Shown: positions 10,199 to 24,087 of the stretch, in pieces
Layout: each line of letters opens with the position of its first letter
Position numbering within the stretch: the first letter of the stretch is position 1
Assembly: GCF_003704095.1 (NCBI RefSeq)
Contig: NW_020846294.1
Coordinates: forward strand, 310,001 to 374,000
Direction of reading: 5' to 3'
Length of the DNA: 64,000 bases
Source of the DNA: Pocillopora damicornis
Lineage: Eukaryota
Notes under the pieces: model-generated
Told to the model about the DNA's origin: nothing
What the model saw: only the letters and a program-made list of their open reading frames with translations
The model's database searches: none
Translations under genes and position numbers: made by a program

Positions 10199-11783
10199 TG
10201 ACTGATCCGACATAAAGATTATCCTTCTTTTTATCTTCCATTTATCGTCTTTAAACGGATACTGGTATTATTTTGTAAAGACATTTCTAATTTGTTTCGA
10301 AGTCAAGAAGTCGTTTTGGCATGCCTTCGTAAACACGTTTGAATCGAAAGCGTGCGACTGAATAAAACCTGTAGTTCAGCCGTTAGATCTATTATGTATA
10401 TCATTAGGGGACAAAATTAACATTGAGATGAACGCAGGAAATAAGCTAAATGTTAGAAAACGAGAGAATATGGAAAAAGTTTCGTCAAAACTCAAAACTG
10501 ATCCTTGGTTAATATCACCATGATCTAGCTTTCAATTCTCCCGTAGCATGCAAACTTGATCATCAAAGAGTGATAAAAATTGTTCGCAAGTACAGGGGAT
10601 GATAACATAACGAACAAACGGAAGAGGGAACAAAAAGAACGTGAGATACTATATAATAATCTAAAAGATAAACGGAGAAGGGAAAAAACGAAATGAAATA
10701 CACTTAAAAATTAATTTCAAACAGAGAAGAAAAGAGAAACCAATGCAAATTGTTCAGGTAAAATTGGCCTAAAATATTGCGTGAGCTACTACGAAATAGT
10801 CAAACAGAAGAGTGCAAACAGTTTGTAGGAAATAACGGTGACAATCAGCCAGAATTCAGAGAAAAAAGTCTAGAAGCTAACTTAGATTGGAGAAAACAGC
10901 GAGGTAGATATTAACTTGGAAATCAAACACAGAAAATATAAAGTATTGTAGTAGATTCTAATGCAAAATTCAATCGGAGAAGAGAACGAACTATGCGCAA
11001 GATACAAACAAAACAACCTAACAGAGAAAAGACCAAACAGTGCGCAATATATCTGCAACAAACAAAAGAAAAGAGAGGAAAAAGTGGACTAGACATTGAT
11101 TGAAACGTCAGATTGGAAAGAAAAGGAACATTTGTTGCGTGAATCATTGAAGTTAAAGTCAATCAGAAGAAGAGAAGAAACAGTGTGCAAGATGTACAAA
11201 TGCCAAAAAATAAGTAAACGTAGGCATGCTAAGCATCCAAGACATTTTCTGGATGCGTAGGTTGAAATAGGACTCTTTAAGTAAATTTTTTTCTTTTTCG
11301 ATTTTGTAAACGATAAAAGAGCATAAACTTTCGTAGTTTCCAACATATACGCGGTTTGATAGAAAACAAAAATAACCCTTTAAGTTTATATAAAATAAAA
11401 CTCAGACACAGCTATTTAGGGTTTGTTGTCACAGTTGTCTGAACAATTTTAAGCAGAAAAGAACTTCATTGGCGCCACGCGTACAGTAGTCTCCTTCGTA
11501 GCAGGCTCTCACAACGGCGCCTCATCACGAGCGTTTTGTACCGCAGGAAGCAAACCAAAATTCTTAAATGACTTAATACTGTCGCATTCAAATGCACATT
11601 TAACATCCAACCGAAAAGTTATTTACTGCGCACAACAGGTGCTTAAAACATTCCTCTTGTTTCCCACCCCTCCCTCGAACTTTGGACTTGCCCAATAGGA
11701 TACGGTAGCAACAGGAGGTTTCACGCATGCGAATTTCAAAAACTCCTGTGGGGATCGAACCGAGACCAGAAATTATCACCTAC

Positions 11784-14700
11784 CGGAAGCCATTCACCAA
11801 TGTCACCAGTATGGAGCCAGTCATCCTCGTCAATAGTTTCGGCAGTTTTCTTAGGGTCGTGAAGGTAGCCTTTGAAGACGTTGGGACCTTTCAGACAAAT
11901 CTAGAAGAGCAAAATATTAATGATGATATTGCAGTTTAGTTGAGGTTAATACAAATTGATTTTGTTGCAACAAACGATTTGTTTTTCTTAAATGAGGTGA
12001 TCTTAAAAATCCAAGTATTGCTATATGTCAGTCCATTTTACCTCTCCCTGACCATTTTTAGCGTAGTATTCTTTCTCTTCCACGTCGACAAGCTTAATAA
12101 TGTTACAAGGAACTGGAGGGCCAACATGTCCGGCTGCAGAAAGAAGACAATTACAAATAAGTATATAACTATTGATGAGTCGGGTGGTCATTGGTCAATC
12201 AGTTGATATACTCCACCACCAATCAGTCAAACTTTCAATAAGTCAGTCACCTTGCCTATCAGTCAGTAAGGTAAACGTTCAATCAACCGATTAATTTATC
12301 AGTATTTAGAGGCTTGTCACTGAGTAAATCAAACAACTTGAAAAGGTATTACGCCAGCGGCTCAGTCGAACCAGTATATTCAGTGACTCACTAAAAGTCA
12401 GTCAAGCCGCTTGTCTGTTAGTTATTCTGTAAGTCAGTCATTGAGTCGGTCGGTCAGTCAGTCAGTCAGTCAATCAGCAAGTCAGTCAATCGGTCAGTCC
12501 GTCAGTCAGTCTGTTAGTCATTGAGTCAGTCAGTCATTCAGTCTGTCTGTCAGTCAGTCAGTCAGTCTGTCAGTAAGTCATTCGGTCAATCAGTGACTCA
12601 GTCCGTCAGTCAGTTAGTCAGTCGGTCTGTCTGTCGGTCGGTCGGACGGTCGGTCGGTCGGTCGGTCGGTCGGTCGGTCGGTCGGTCGGTCAGTCAGTCA
12701 GTCAACTTATCAGTTTGTCATTCAATCCATTCTTCAGTCTGTCAGTCAGTTGATCAGCTATTTAGTTATTCATCCAGCCGGCCAATCAGTCAGTCAGACG
12801 GTCAGTCAGCAAGTATCTCAGTCATTCAGTCAGTCATTCAGTCACTGACCCACTAGGTCAATTAGCCGGCCAGCCAGTCAGCCAGTTAGCCGGTCGGTTG
12901 GCGAGTCAGTTAGTCAGTCCGCGTGTCATTAGCGCAGCTCATCAGCCTCTGAGTCTGCCAATGACTTCCCCTTTTTGCCAAGAAACACACAAAGAGCTTG
13001 ACATACCTGTTGTGACGTCATTGAACAGCTGGAAGGTGGCAGCAGCTGTGCATTCGGTCTGACCGTAACCCTCGGTCAGCTGAGGAAACAAACGGCCAAC
13101 GATGTACGATAAAATTAACAATATCGAGAGGTAGTTCTGTTTTACTACCAGACAGCCAAGTTAGGCATAACTTGCTCGCCTACGATGACCCTTTTATCCT
13201 ACCCTTCCCATAAAATAGAGAAAATAAATACAGCTTTTGAGTAGCTTTTCGCCCTGAAAGATGTTAGATGTTTGGATACAAATAATCAACTCACGTGACA
13301 TCCCATGATGCATCTGATGAATGTCGTCACCTGAGCTGACAGAGGTGCGGAACCACAAGGCATGTATCGCACGTGACCACCAAGTAAACTCTGTCACGAA
13401 GAAGGAACATATCATGAAAGTTTTTTACTAAAGAATGAATTCGCATAAATACTTTACAATACCACACAGAATGCCTTAGAAACTAAGCAGGGGATAACGT
13501 TTTAAGTGAGAGAAGTGAAAAAAAGTGTAAGTGAGAGCGGGGAAAAAAATTGAAATGAAAGTATTGTCTTCCGATAAAATTTAGGTCGTTTTTGTCAAGA
13601 CTTGAGACAGAAATATTTCTCTTGATAATATTTAAAGGCTAATTATATGGAAATTTCAAGCGATTATCTTTGCAATAGAATAGACTTTGAGCTGAAAATA
13701 CTTTGTCGCTGCCCTTACCCTTGCTTGAGGCATTCATTCTACTACGTTCTGTGATTGGTTAAAAAAACCGCGTCGCCCGATCAAACAATCAGCATCAGAA
13801 CTGACGCCAATGCGCACGCGTCAGTTTTTCTGCATTTCTGATCTTTTGCTTTTTTGTGTTTTCTTTTTTATGTTGAGTCCTTTATAATCACAAAATGTTT
13901 GTAGCAATATTCTTCCTTGTTGTGATTAAATCGGTTTCGACTATATGACAGCTTCATCGAACCGGGCTCCAAGGAGAATATTTACTGGTTGATATATGTA
14001 TTAATGTATATTACCTGTATTTTACGCAGAACCAGATGATCCCATATCGTGTTCTTGCTGATGATTTGCCTTAGAAGGAAAAGTGTCATAATTCGATGTT
14101 TATGGTTTTGCATTCAGCCAAGCAATTCATAAATTTAAGTCATTTAGAACAACTCCCCTATTTTGCATATAGAAAGAAAATAAATCGAGAAGAACTTCCG
14201 TATGAGAAAACGAGGGTTTTTTCTTTTCCAGTGATCGCTTCAAAACAATTTCTCGTTACTACCATGATTAATGGAACCATCCGACTTCTGGCAAATTGTT
14301 TCGCAGCTTTGAAGTTAATGTGTTTTTTCGGTGTTACTCACCTTTTAAGATCATTTTCCTTAGACTTAAGTGCCATTTGAAAAATCCACTTCTTCAGTTT
14401 ACTCTTGGATACCTCAGACATGATCTATCGATTAAGAGAAAAACTTCTTTTCCCTTATATGCATGACATTCACGACGCAAATGACAGAAATCTGGTTTTG
14501 ATAGCATTTTTGCCTTTTTTTTTCTTCACTAATGACTATTTAGGCAAAAAGTGAGGCCAATTGAAAGTCAAAATCTCAATATAAGGAATTAGATGCCGAC
14601 AAAAATCGTTTGGTTGAACATTATCTCAACTCAAAATTCTCAGAGAAAATGTTTGTTTCAGAGTGCAAATAACAAACATCAACCCTTTTCACCCCGTTAG

Positions 14701-17700
14701 CATTCAGATTCTCCACACTTTCTTCTTTACAACTGCTGTGGTACTTATATTGAGAATCTGTGTGACAATCAGGAACTTCTAAAATTGGTGATCATTTCCT
14801 TTCTTCCGAAAACCCAAACTTTTTATTTAAGGCTGATACTGTAAAGAGAAATTAATACCCCATCGTCTTAAGGATAAAGGTTTAAGTTATGCACCCAGAA
14901 TATCTCATTACCTATCTTTCTTGGCCAAGAAAAAAAATCTATCTTACTCGATTGTAAATGATCAACTTCACTCAACGCTTTCCTACCTTGTCGTAGATTC
15001 TGTTTAGTAAGCGAGGCACGGGTGTGAATATAGTTGGCCTGTGAAGAATTGAGAAATGGGAAGTAAGTGTAGTTTAGGGAGCCGTTATGTCATAATACTA
15101 CAGTGATGAACGATCTTCAACTCGATTCAGTTAAGAGTAGACTTAAGTCAGTGAAAAGTGGTTTTAAGAAACTGCAAACTATAGTGTTCTTATTAATAAT
15201 AATGCAGAATAAAAGCACATTCACACAAAATGATGATAAATGATTAACTTACTTCAGCTCTTTGCAGTCTTCTAGCAACTGTTTGACGTCACCACTGTAG
15301 TACCCAATCCTTCCTCCGCTTACAAACAAGTTCAGCTGAAAACATTGTTTTACATTTAGGCTTTAAAAGTCGGCGAAATGATTTGGTTTCATCAGTTGTA
15401 AGAGTACCGTTAAATAACGTGGAAGTAGCAACCAATATTATATATCCAGCTTTAATTTTGCAAGCTTAGGAAAAAGATAAAAGATAACTGCTTTATTTCA
15501 GAAATAAATACAAAATCATATCCTCTAAGTTATATGTTTTGATAAGTTAGAGCTTCCGTTTGGGGCAAACTTATTAATCACGTCTTCGGATTGACAATTA
15601 AAATAAAAAAAAATCCATCTAACGACTGCCGAATTTTCTTTTTCGCGTGAAACTCACGTGATTCATCCGTTCGTACATGTGAGCCAGCGGTAAAAATGAC
15701 AGATGCACATCCTCCGTTGTCAGCTCAAAACCGGCCTGCAATAATTATCAAACAAGCAAGATGAGTTAATAATTCTTATACCCTTTTTTATAGAGTGATC
15801 TACTTTGAAGTACTCTGGTTATCAGTCTTTCGAGTCGTCGCGAGTTACGGGAGCAGCTTTGGGGTTAAGTAGGCGGAAAAACACAGTATGTCGAATTGTT
15901 ACCCATGTTCTAACGAAGCTTTTAAATTGAATATGCAGAGAACATCATTGATGGGGAGTCGAGAGATTACAATAAGTAATTTAAGAAAAGCTTGTAGGAC
16001 CCAGTGCTCAGATGTAAAAGGACGGCACATACGTACGTACATACCTGAAGCATCATACGTGCGTAATACCTGAAGCATCATACATGCGTATATACTTGGT
16101 GCATTATACGTACGTAAATACCTGAAGCATCATACGTATCTGCATACCTGGTGCATCGTCCAACGATATGCTGAGATGTCAGCGACAAGATTGGCATGTG
16201 TCAGGATGGCTCCCTTTGGTGGACCTATCACCATGAAATAAGTTAAGCATATAACGAAACACTCATCAAATGTGATGTATTTTTGGTTTGTAACGTATGC
16301 AGCACACTGAAGCCGCTAATAATAAAAGTAAATGTAAGTGGTCCCGAAAAAGTTGGTGCGAAAGTTTTCAAGGATAACATTTAATGGAGAAAGGAAAAAT
16401 ATGAGGATTAAAGCATTTCATGACAGATGCATAGTAAGGTTCATTTTTAAAAGACGAAATTAAGGGGTTGCTTAATCCAACGAATTTTACCTGTTGTTCC
16501 ACTTGTGTAACATACTGTCAAAATGTCTTCGGGCTTAGCAGGCTGAAGGAATAAAAAACAGCGGTCGTTTTAGTTTGCAGTGATTTGCGAGATCGGCAAG
16601 CCTATTTAGAGTTGTAGAGGATTAGTGGAGAGGGACGAAGACCCAGTTAATTATCACTTCCACGATTGAAATAGAAGGCACAATATTAAGAAAAATATTT
16701 TTGTTTAAGAATCATTCATGAAACGAGATATTCCCTGTTAACAAAATAAACGACCTCTTACCACTGATCACGAATCAATAACTAGATTCAGAGCTCGAGA
16801 TTTCTATCTCCCAATAAAATGATGAGTGCATACTCTTGTTATTTTAGTATAGATTTACAAGTCCCTTAAAAATTCCCCTACAAGACAGGCTCATGTGAAT
16901 ATTTTCAGCTTTGTTTAGAAACGCACTGTATCAGTATACGTTCTCTTCTCACTGTCTATTATGGAATTATAGCGTAGCCAATCAGGTAGTAGCATTTGTG
17001 ATAAGGCACAAGTAGATTCATATTAATTGCTGATAGCATACGAGCCAATTAGGAGTGAAAGTGATTTGATTTAAACATAGGAAACTGGCTTTAAAAAAAA
17101 AAAAAACTTTAGCAGTTTCCGGATCTATTTGTCAAAGTCTTTGGCATCCTGATTGCAAAAGTTAATCATTGAAATAAGGAATTCATGTCTTCGGAGGAAC
17201 AATACAAGATCAGCGAATCATTTCATTCCCGTTACCTTTCGTTCCTGATAGCTCTCTTTTCCAATGTCCTACGATTAGGAAACAAAAACGGCAAAATCAG
17301 ACAAGAACACATTTAGGTACTGGATCCGTGACCACAAAAATGAAGAAATATAAGGCAGGTTTGATGAAAAACGTTGAAGGAATGAGATCGCCACATCAGT
17401 CTTTTTCTTCTCGATTTTCTTGTGTTTCATAAGAGGGAAGGAGGGGCGAGGATTAGTCTTTTGCACGCTAACATCAGAATACATATTCTTCATAACGTTC
17501 TCTATAAATTTTCTATGGCACTGACAAGGAGAATTTGTTTAATAATCAAGAAGTTCGATCACTTTCCTCATTCTCAATTCATGAACCTAGTGTTTGTTTC
17601 AGCGGTGATCATGAGAAGCGAAATTGGACGCTATACACTCCTACCATTTTTTACTGACCAGCGTAAAAATTCCTTTCGCGGCCTTAGCTCAGGTTAAACA

Positions 17701-20700
17701 TATATTTCAACTCAGTGTAGCACTAACTGATTTTGAATAAAGCTTTATTCATTCAACAGATAGTACGATACTAAGCAATGAGGTGTCTTTGCAAGGAATA
17801 TTTAATTTTGTCTTTCCACTTTTCAGAGAGGTTATAACAAAAAATGGAAAAGCAATTTTAAAATGAACATCGAGATTAATCCTGGATTGCATTGAATTTG
17901 CATTACTTTACTCCTTAAATGGCAAAAAAAGTCGCGCCATTCTCTCAGTCAAAAGAGCTCAAAACTAAAAAGTAACCACTTCTTGGTCGCTCGCGGTTTA
18001 ACGCGCCTCAAGAAGTTTATTGTTTTAATTTTTGAGCTCTTGGTAGTTCTGTAAGATATTTTCCTTTTTCCTCTTTGGTCATTACGGTTAGTTTGGTTTT
18101 AGTTATACGACACTTTACTAAAAACCGCCCTATCATAAACAGATGAGAGTAATACCCTTTTTAATCTGTTTTTCTGTTATACTCTACGGCTCAGGATAAA
18201 TACCACCACTTACTTCTAGATTTGTCATGGAGATGAGGTTGAGACCCATATCTTTTGCTTTTTTATCTTCTTCTTGAGTGACAGAGGATCCTATTTTTAT
18301 CAAATTTTTCAGCTCCTTGCACAACTGGGCCTTTTCAAGAAGCAATGGCACCTTGTCTTCGTTACAAACAATAGTAGAAAGGTTGGCTGAAGAGTAAAAT
18401 GGAAAAAAAAAGCCTCGAGTAACAACACGTAAGTTTAAAGCATAAATAGCAGCTTATTTATGACTTTCTAAATAATCTATTACGTTTTCAGTTCTGTTAT
18501 TTACTTAATCATTTCTCCTAAAAAGTGTGGCTGCAGAACTTCTGTAAAATAGTATATACGAATCAAAAATGACCCTAAAAGGTGGAGTTCCCTCTACGAG
18601 GTGCCCCAGCTGTGAAGATGCATTGCAATCTACTTAGACATTACATGCGGTGTCTAAGTTTATTGTTACTCCTTGGGCGAAATGCCAATCCATCGCGAGG
18701 TTACGAGTTTGAATAATTAATCAATCAATTGAATAATGTATTTACGATCACCGTCCCGATACTGCCATCCTATTTATAAGCGCTGCATTAGCCTGGAAAT
18801 GTCCATAGATCATACTTCTTGCCATAGTTAATATCCTTCACTTCCCTTTCCCATGTGTGTTAGCCACGCCCTGTATTAGAGTGGCTTAAAGATGGAGATT
18901 ATATTGCATATGATATCAATTTCTCACCATGGTTTATGATGTAGATGCATTCCTCAGCGCCGTGAGTATCGTACACTGGCACGGAAATCATTGAGAACAT
19001 CTGACATCCCAGATCAGTTAAAGCCCACTACAAGAAAAAGAAAGAAAAATTTAAAAAATCATCAGCGTCTGTCCCCAGAGGGATACGTGGGATTTTCTCC
19101 TGCTTTCAGTCTCCCATGATTTCATTTGCTATTCTCCTTACTGTCATCCATACAACTCTTATGTTGTTAATTTAGAGAATTTCGTATGGGATCAATTAGC
19201 TATCCATCAGTGATCTGCTTGATATTGTGCGGCTGTTGTAGGGAGAAATATTCTGTCCTGGTCACTCAAGGCAGTTAAATGGTTAAAACTGTGCAAGACG
19301 TTAACAGTTCGCGGCTTCGTTACGTCCGTTCCCCAACCTACCCCTTCCCTTAGTTAATTGCATTATTCAAACTTTGCTAAAAGAAGATGGTTCCCATAGA
19401 TAATTGCAGTTTCACATTTCACATTTCACACCTCACAAATTTCACAGCTCACCTCCACTCGGTTTGGTCCATAGATCCCAATGAAGGTCTGTTGCGAGGG
19501 CTCGCAACCTAAAGCGACCAGGCCCGCGCCAACGAACGTTGCTCTCTCATGAACCTGGGGGAGAAATAATGTTTACAATATCGGGCAAATAAAATGGAAC
19601 TTTTAGACGAAAAGTTAGTTTGAAGGGTCTTCTTTTTGGCAACCCCGTGCCGTATATAAGACAAATACCTTGGTACTTTATTACGGCATCACATTTTCAG
19701 GTGACGGACTATAACTGAAGATATGAGGGAATGGTGAACTATCAAGCTATCAAATGCCTTTATTTAAGGGGGGCGACATTTTCATTTCGGCATTTATTCT
19801 CCCCACCAATGGCGGCCCTGTCTATTGCAGTGAGGTAGCAATGCTCGAAAGTTATTCCCAGTGTTTACTTTATTATTTTGCTGCCGACATTTACCTGGTT
19901 ATATGTCAGCCACGTGTACTTCTTACTGATTGGATCCCTTGTTCCTAGGCAAGGACTGTCCCCTGTTAGAAAAACGAAAAATAAAATAGATGTGTTGGAC
20001 TGAACCAAGCTAAGCTTCTGCTGTCAAAAATTATATTTAAACTGATAGTTTAATATGAATGCTGTTAATGGGTCGAAAGTAAGAACGACCAGAAGAACTA
20101 ACAACTTCTAATTGCCTTTACACTTTGAAAGCCTTAAAATTGGATCATGGGAGTTCAATATTGCAAACCACCGGACAAGTTTAAAACTCCGCAGACGTTT
20201 TGTTGAACACAATATCAATAGTGCATCTCTTTTTTTATCACTCCGCAGCAATAAGTATTTAATTTTTCAGCCCACGAACTGGTCGCTTATCATCTTCCTG
20301 TCTCTTTCACCATGCAGTAGGCCGTTTGAATCCACGGCATCTACATTTTCATTTCCAAGACTGATCATTTGATTGGACATACATGTATATGGAGCGAGAG
20401 GGTTTAAGGGCTAAAATCTGTGAATCTCACTAACCTGACAGTTTTACTCCGCGGAGAAAGCTTTCATACACAGTGGTAACATCCGGATATTGCCTTGCAA
20501 TTATTTCAGATGACAGCGTGGTCCGCCGAGCTCCGTCAGTACCCTGTGAAAAAGCTCCTTGGTTAGTCTAAAATTTCACTTTCTATAAGTCTTGTCTATC
20601 GGACTATACAGTGCATAAAGGCAATTTGCTCTCAATCTGAGTGGTGCAACTTGTCAAATAACATCCCCTTTCTCTCCATGATATACACGAAAAATGTAAA

Positions 20701-23067
20701 AGTTCTTATAGTTAATGTAAGTAGAGTAGTTCCTTAGACACCCCATCTTGTCTCCACAGCCCAAAAAAAAACTCTTAAACAGCGGGTTTATTTTTTTGTC
20801 TTGTTTGGGCCTGGTAACGTTAAACATGCTTGCCTTTCAAAGCCTGCAATAAATTCCGTTTTAAACATCGTAGGTTAGCAGCTGAGGGATGCATGTTGTT
20901 TACAACACTAAGAGAAAGTCGACTTTTGCTAATTAATGGTGCGTTTGAGAAAACGCCAGTTTACCTTCTTTTAGATGTAAGAGTTGTTGAAAGTGTTGCA
21001 GGATTTAGTTTGTACAAATGAACTAGAATAATGTTAAGCAATTTAGCTCGGTTGTCGATTAGAGAAATATTTGGTGCAAGCGTAGAACACACACAAATAA
21101 AAGAAAGATTGTTTTTTACGCGAAGCTTCGGGCCTCAGGCCTTCCGTAGTACAATGCTTTTATCTGAGCTGCAGAGAACTGTTTGGTGACAGCGGGCTAT
21201 TTCTAGGTTCATGAAAGACAACTTTCTTGTCTGCTGTAAGGATCATCAGTCCCCAAAATGAATCCGGTAGATAGATTTAGGTAGTGAACGTATTTGGAGC
21301 TGTGTAGTCGAGTAAAGAAACATGCTGAACATATTTCTTAACTGGATTCAGCTTACGACCTTTCTTTTTGTGCCAATTACGATAAATTGAAAAGCCCGAA
21401 TAAATTCCGTTCTTCAGTTTGGAAATGGCTAAGTTCGTTTTACTTAATTCTACATCAGACTCAGCACATCGAAGGTTCCGCGAGTCTGAATGTTCGTTCA
21501 AAGTTTAACTGCACAATGGATATCACCAGGCTCTAGGTAAAACACGTTTAGGTGGAAAACATGCTCGTTTTACCAATACAATGAATCTTTGCGACACTCC
21601 TGACAGGTTTAAAAACAGACTTACAATTTGTGGGATTAAAGCCCTTAACGGTCCATTATCGTCAAATGGAAACTGGAAGAATGGTCAAACCACAATTTTT
21701 ATTCGTAATCTTTTAAGATTATGTTCTTCTTTTCAGTTTCGCAACGCCTCGCCTGTTGAATTGCTCATAGTTCTTGGATATCTCACACGGAAACAACCAT
21801 ACAAGTCTTTTTGATAATGTACTTTAAAAAATATCTGAAACTGAAACTATCTTTTTAATAGAGCCGGCAAGTTACGAAAGAATTGGAGACAATCGGAAGA
21901 ACTACCGATCGCCATTTGCAGCCATTCACTTTATTTTGAACAGCCTGAAATCTTGCGTTCATCGAGGGCGCGTACTGCTAACTAGGAACTTAATAGTGTC
22001 CTATGATTTTGACAGACAGATCTCTTGTAAATTTGTTCAAATAGGAGAGTAAACGAAGTCAAAAAGAAAAATTTACAAGTTACCTCTACTTCAACAGATT
22101 GCTGTTCTGGTGGTAGGTCCATTTCGTGTCCACGAGTCTTATTTCTGTACCAGCGTATCAACACAAAAATAGCCACGCCACTGATAGCTGTGAAAACTGC
22201 CAAACTCCCGGATGCTGCGTCTGAAAGAACACGAAACCGGTCATTATACATTATCACTTTTTAATTTGTTACCATCCCTCTTCCCTGCCAAGAGAAGTGA
22301 GGAAAATTCAATTATAGAAGGTTATATTATTGGAAATATTGCCTGAACAATGCGGGGATGTTGTCGAATAAGACTCTTGGCTTATTGAATGACTTCAATA
22401 CTCAGTGAATGCAGATTCTCAGGTTACACCAACGTGTTGTGGTTTAGAGTTGGGGAAAGTTGTCTAAAAGAAAAGATTCGATTTCTAAGCATAAGCCTCA
22501 TGTGCTCATGTTACAACAAGCATCATGGCATAAGATTAAACGAAAGTTGGCACCATGATAAAATGTAAATGAGTAGAAAGGAAGTCTGCATTCTGGCGCG
22601 ATTCCATTAAGTATTTTTTAAAAAGCTCTATAGTGCATTCTCAGGCTTGACTTAATGGCGCTGTAACAAAAAGACAAAATAAAAATAATGATAACGAAAA
22701 TAACGAAAAAAATTACAAATTAAAGCTTCTGTATCATTGCTGAAATTTCCTTTAATCACCATGCATAAACATTGATTAAGACTCGTCAAAAAGGCGCAAT
22801 TAGAAAGGTTATCTTATTGCTTTTGATAAACACAAAATGTTCGAATTTGTCATTTCAGGAGATGCGATGGGAACGAAACCAAAATACATAATACAATTCC
22901 TAAATTTCCTTCTATCTTTCTCTTCAGTTAACCGTTTTTAAAACGAAACTCTTTCACGATTATAAACTTTTGGCAGTGAGCGGTAAGATCCAGAAATAAA
23001 GAACCAAAATTTGAGACCTGCAGAAACGAGACTCACTCGATTGAGCGTACACATAATCACCATGCAT
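11784..23067 (-). CDS. ACSL: Long-chain-fatty-acid--CoA ligase (ACSL1/5/6-like), copy A; 3' exons not found in window
   Basis: GT-AG exons read by hand on the minus strand: 23037-23067 (tentative first), 22084-22220 (TM anchor), 20435-20543, 19895-19962, 19453-19554, 18928-19027, 18214-18386, 17236-17268, 16491-16542 (YTSGTTG), 16148-16224 ([10 protein letters not shown]), 15658-15735 ([11 protein letters not shown]), 15253-15335, 14987-15038 ([11 protein letters not shown]), 14342-14424, 14015-14069, 13295-13390, 13007-13079 (EGYGQTE), 12042-12133, 11784-11900 ([12 protein letters not shown]). Phases are consistent. Confidence 0.92.
12420..12920. repeat. Compound tetranucleotide microsatellite (CAGT)n/(CGGT)n in ACSL-A intron
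   Basis: Direct runs of GTCA and GTCG units, purest at 12620-12700, with degenerate flanks from ~12220. Confidence 0.9.
14681..14885. mobile_element. Short non-autonomous element (TTAA/CCCT-ended MITE-like family)
   Basis: Starts AACCCTTT and ends AAAGGTTTAA. Internal motifs (TGATACTGTAAAGAGAAATT, GTGATCATTTCCT) are shared with 17470-17640 and 19100-19287. Confidence 0.5.
16030..16160. repeat. 26-bp minisatellite (5 units) overlapping the 5' splice site of ACSL-A exon 16148-16224
   Basis: ATACCTGAAGCATCATACGT-like unit; donor-like AG|GTAT sites at 16148, 16122, 16070 and 16045, plus a weaker CAA|GTAT at 16096. Confidence 0.85.
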
Positions 23068-23883
23068 AATACGGACTACAACCCACGTGTAATAAATAAA
23101 AATCCTCTTGGCTTATCGGTTACCATATCGACCACAGCAAGGTGGCTAACATCTGGCTTTTATAGTGGACCTTTAAAACACCATAAATGAACACTTTTGC
23201 GGTTTTGCATTATGAAACCAAATTGAGCGATCAGCAGCCATTACCCTCAACCGATAATGTAAAATGCAAGATTTGTTTAAGATTTGTTCCAACTAGTGAA
23301 AATGATTTTATATAGGAAAAGCGTTAACAGTAACTTTTAACTAGCATAAAGAAACGAAAGTATCCAAAACCCAACAAAACTTACTCGTTTTCAAGATGGC
23401 CGTTCAGAAGATTTTGAACCTGGGTGATCAACAAGATATGATTTCGCATGCCGTTGAATACAACATGTTGAGTGTAGCAAAGCAGGTGAATATTTTGAAG
23501 CTAAATGGGCGTGAATATTTTGTGTGGCTAATGAGTATTTTAAAAGGAAAATTACCACCTACGAGACAAGGGCTTAATCACCTTTTATTTCTGAGGCGAG
23601 TATTGTCTCGATAATTGAAATAATGGTTTAGTCAATGAATGTGACGGGTAAACTATAAATATGAAAGGCCCTTTTTCATAAGCATTTACATTTATCCTCT
23701 AAGAGAACAAATGTCGCGAAGTGTCCTCTAAGATTTCGAATGGCCTTGAGTGCGGTTGTTGTTATTGCTTTTTTTTTCTGTTTTCTCTCTTTTTCGAAAA
23801 ACTTTAAAGGAAAATCGAAATACAGGTCTGAATTAAGTCGCATGGTCAACTGAAGATTCCTTGCCACCTTGAAAGATGATAGC

Positions 23884-24087
23884 TTAACCCTTTAACTTTC
23901 AGAAGTGTATCGTCTTCCTATGATAATCATATATCATCCAGCCAACATGTAATGAGGATATTCAAACTTATCAGGTAAAGATCGGTGGTCCTGATGTAAT
24001 ACCAAATTCTTGTGACTTATTTACATGGGAATGTATGGCAGCTAGAAGGAATAATTAATAATCAGATCCTGGGAGCTAGAGTGTTAA
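23884..24087. mobile_element. TTAA-flanked MITE (piggyBac-like termini)
   Basis: Begins TTAACCCTTTAACT and ends AGCTAGAGTGTTAA (degenerate inverted termini); ~200 bp, non-coding. Confidence 0.55.

Noticed and set aside
12521-12856. 111-aa ORF rich in SQSV/GRSV
   Set aside because: Translation of the (CAGT)/(CGGT) microsatellite inside an ACSL intron.
16030-16160. CRISPR-like short direct repeats
   Set aside because: Head-to-tail units without unique spacers, eukaryotic intron, no cas genes.
21115-21150. Degenerate Penelope-type hammerhead end (minus strand ..GGAAGGCCTGAGGCCCGAAGC..)
   Set aside because: Core CUGANGA and GAAA are both broken; not supportable without a family alignment.
23385-23449. 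ATG-initiated minus-strand exon candidate with GTAAGT donor as ACSL-A first coding exon
   Set aside because: Ends in phase 2 whereas exon 22084-22220 needs phase 1, and the phase-1 frame has an upstream TGA; at most a UTR exon.
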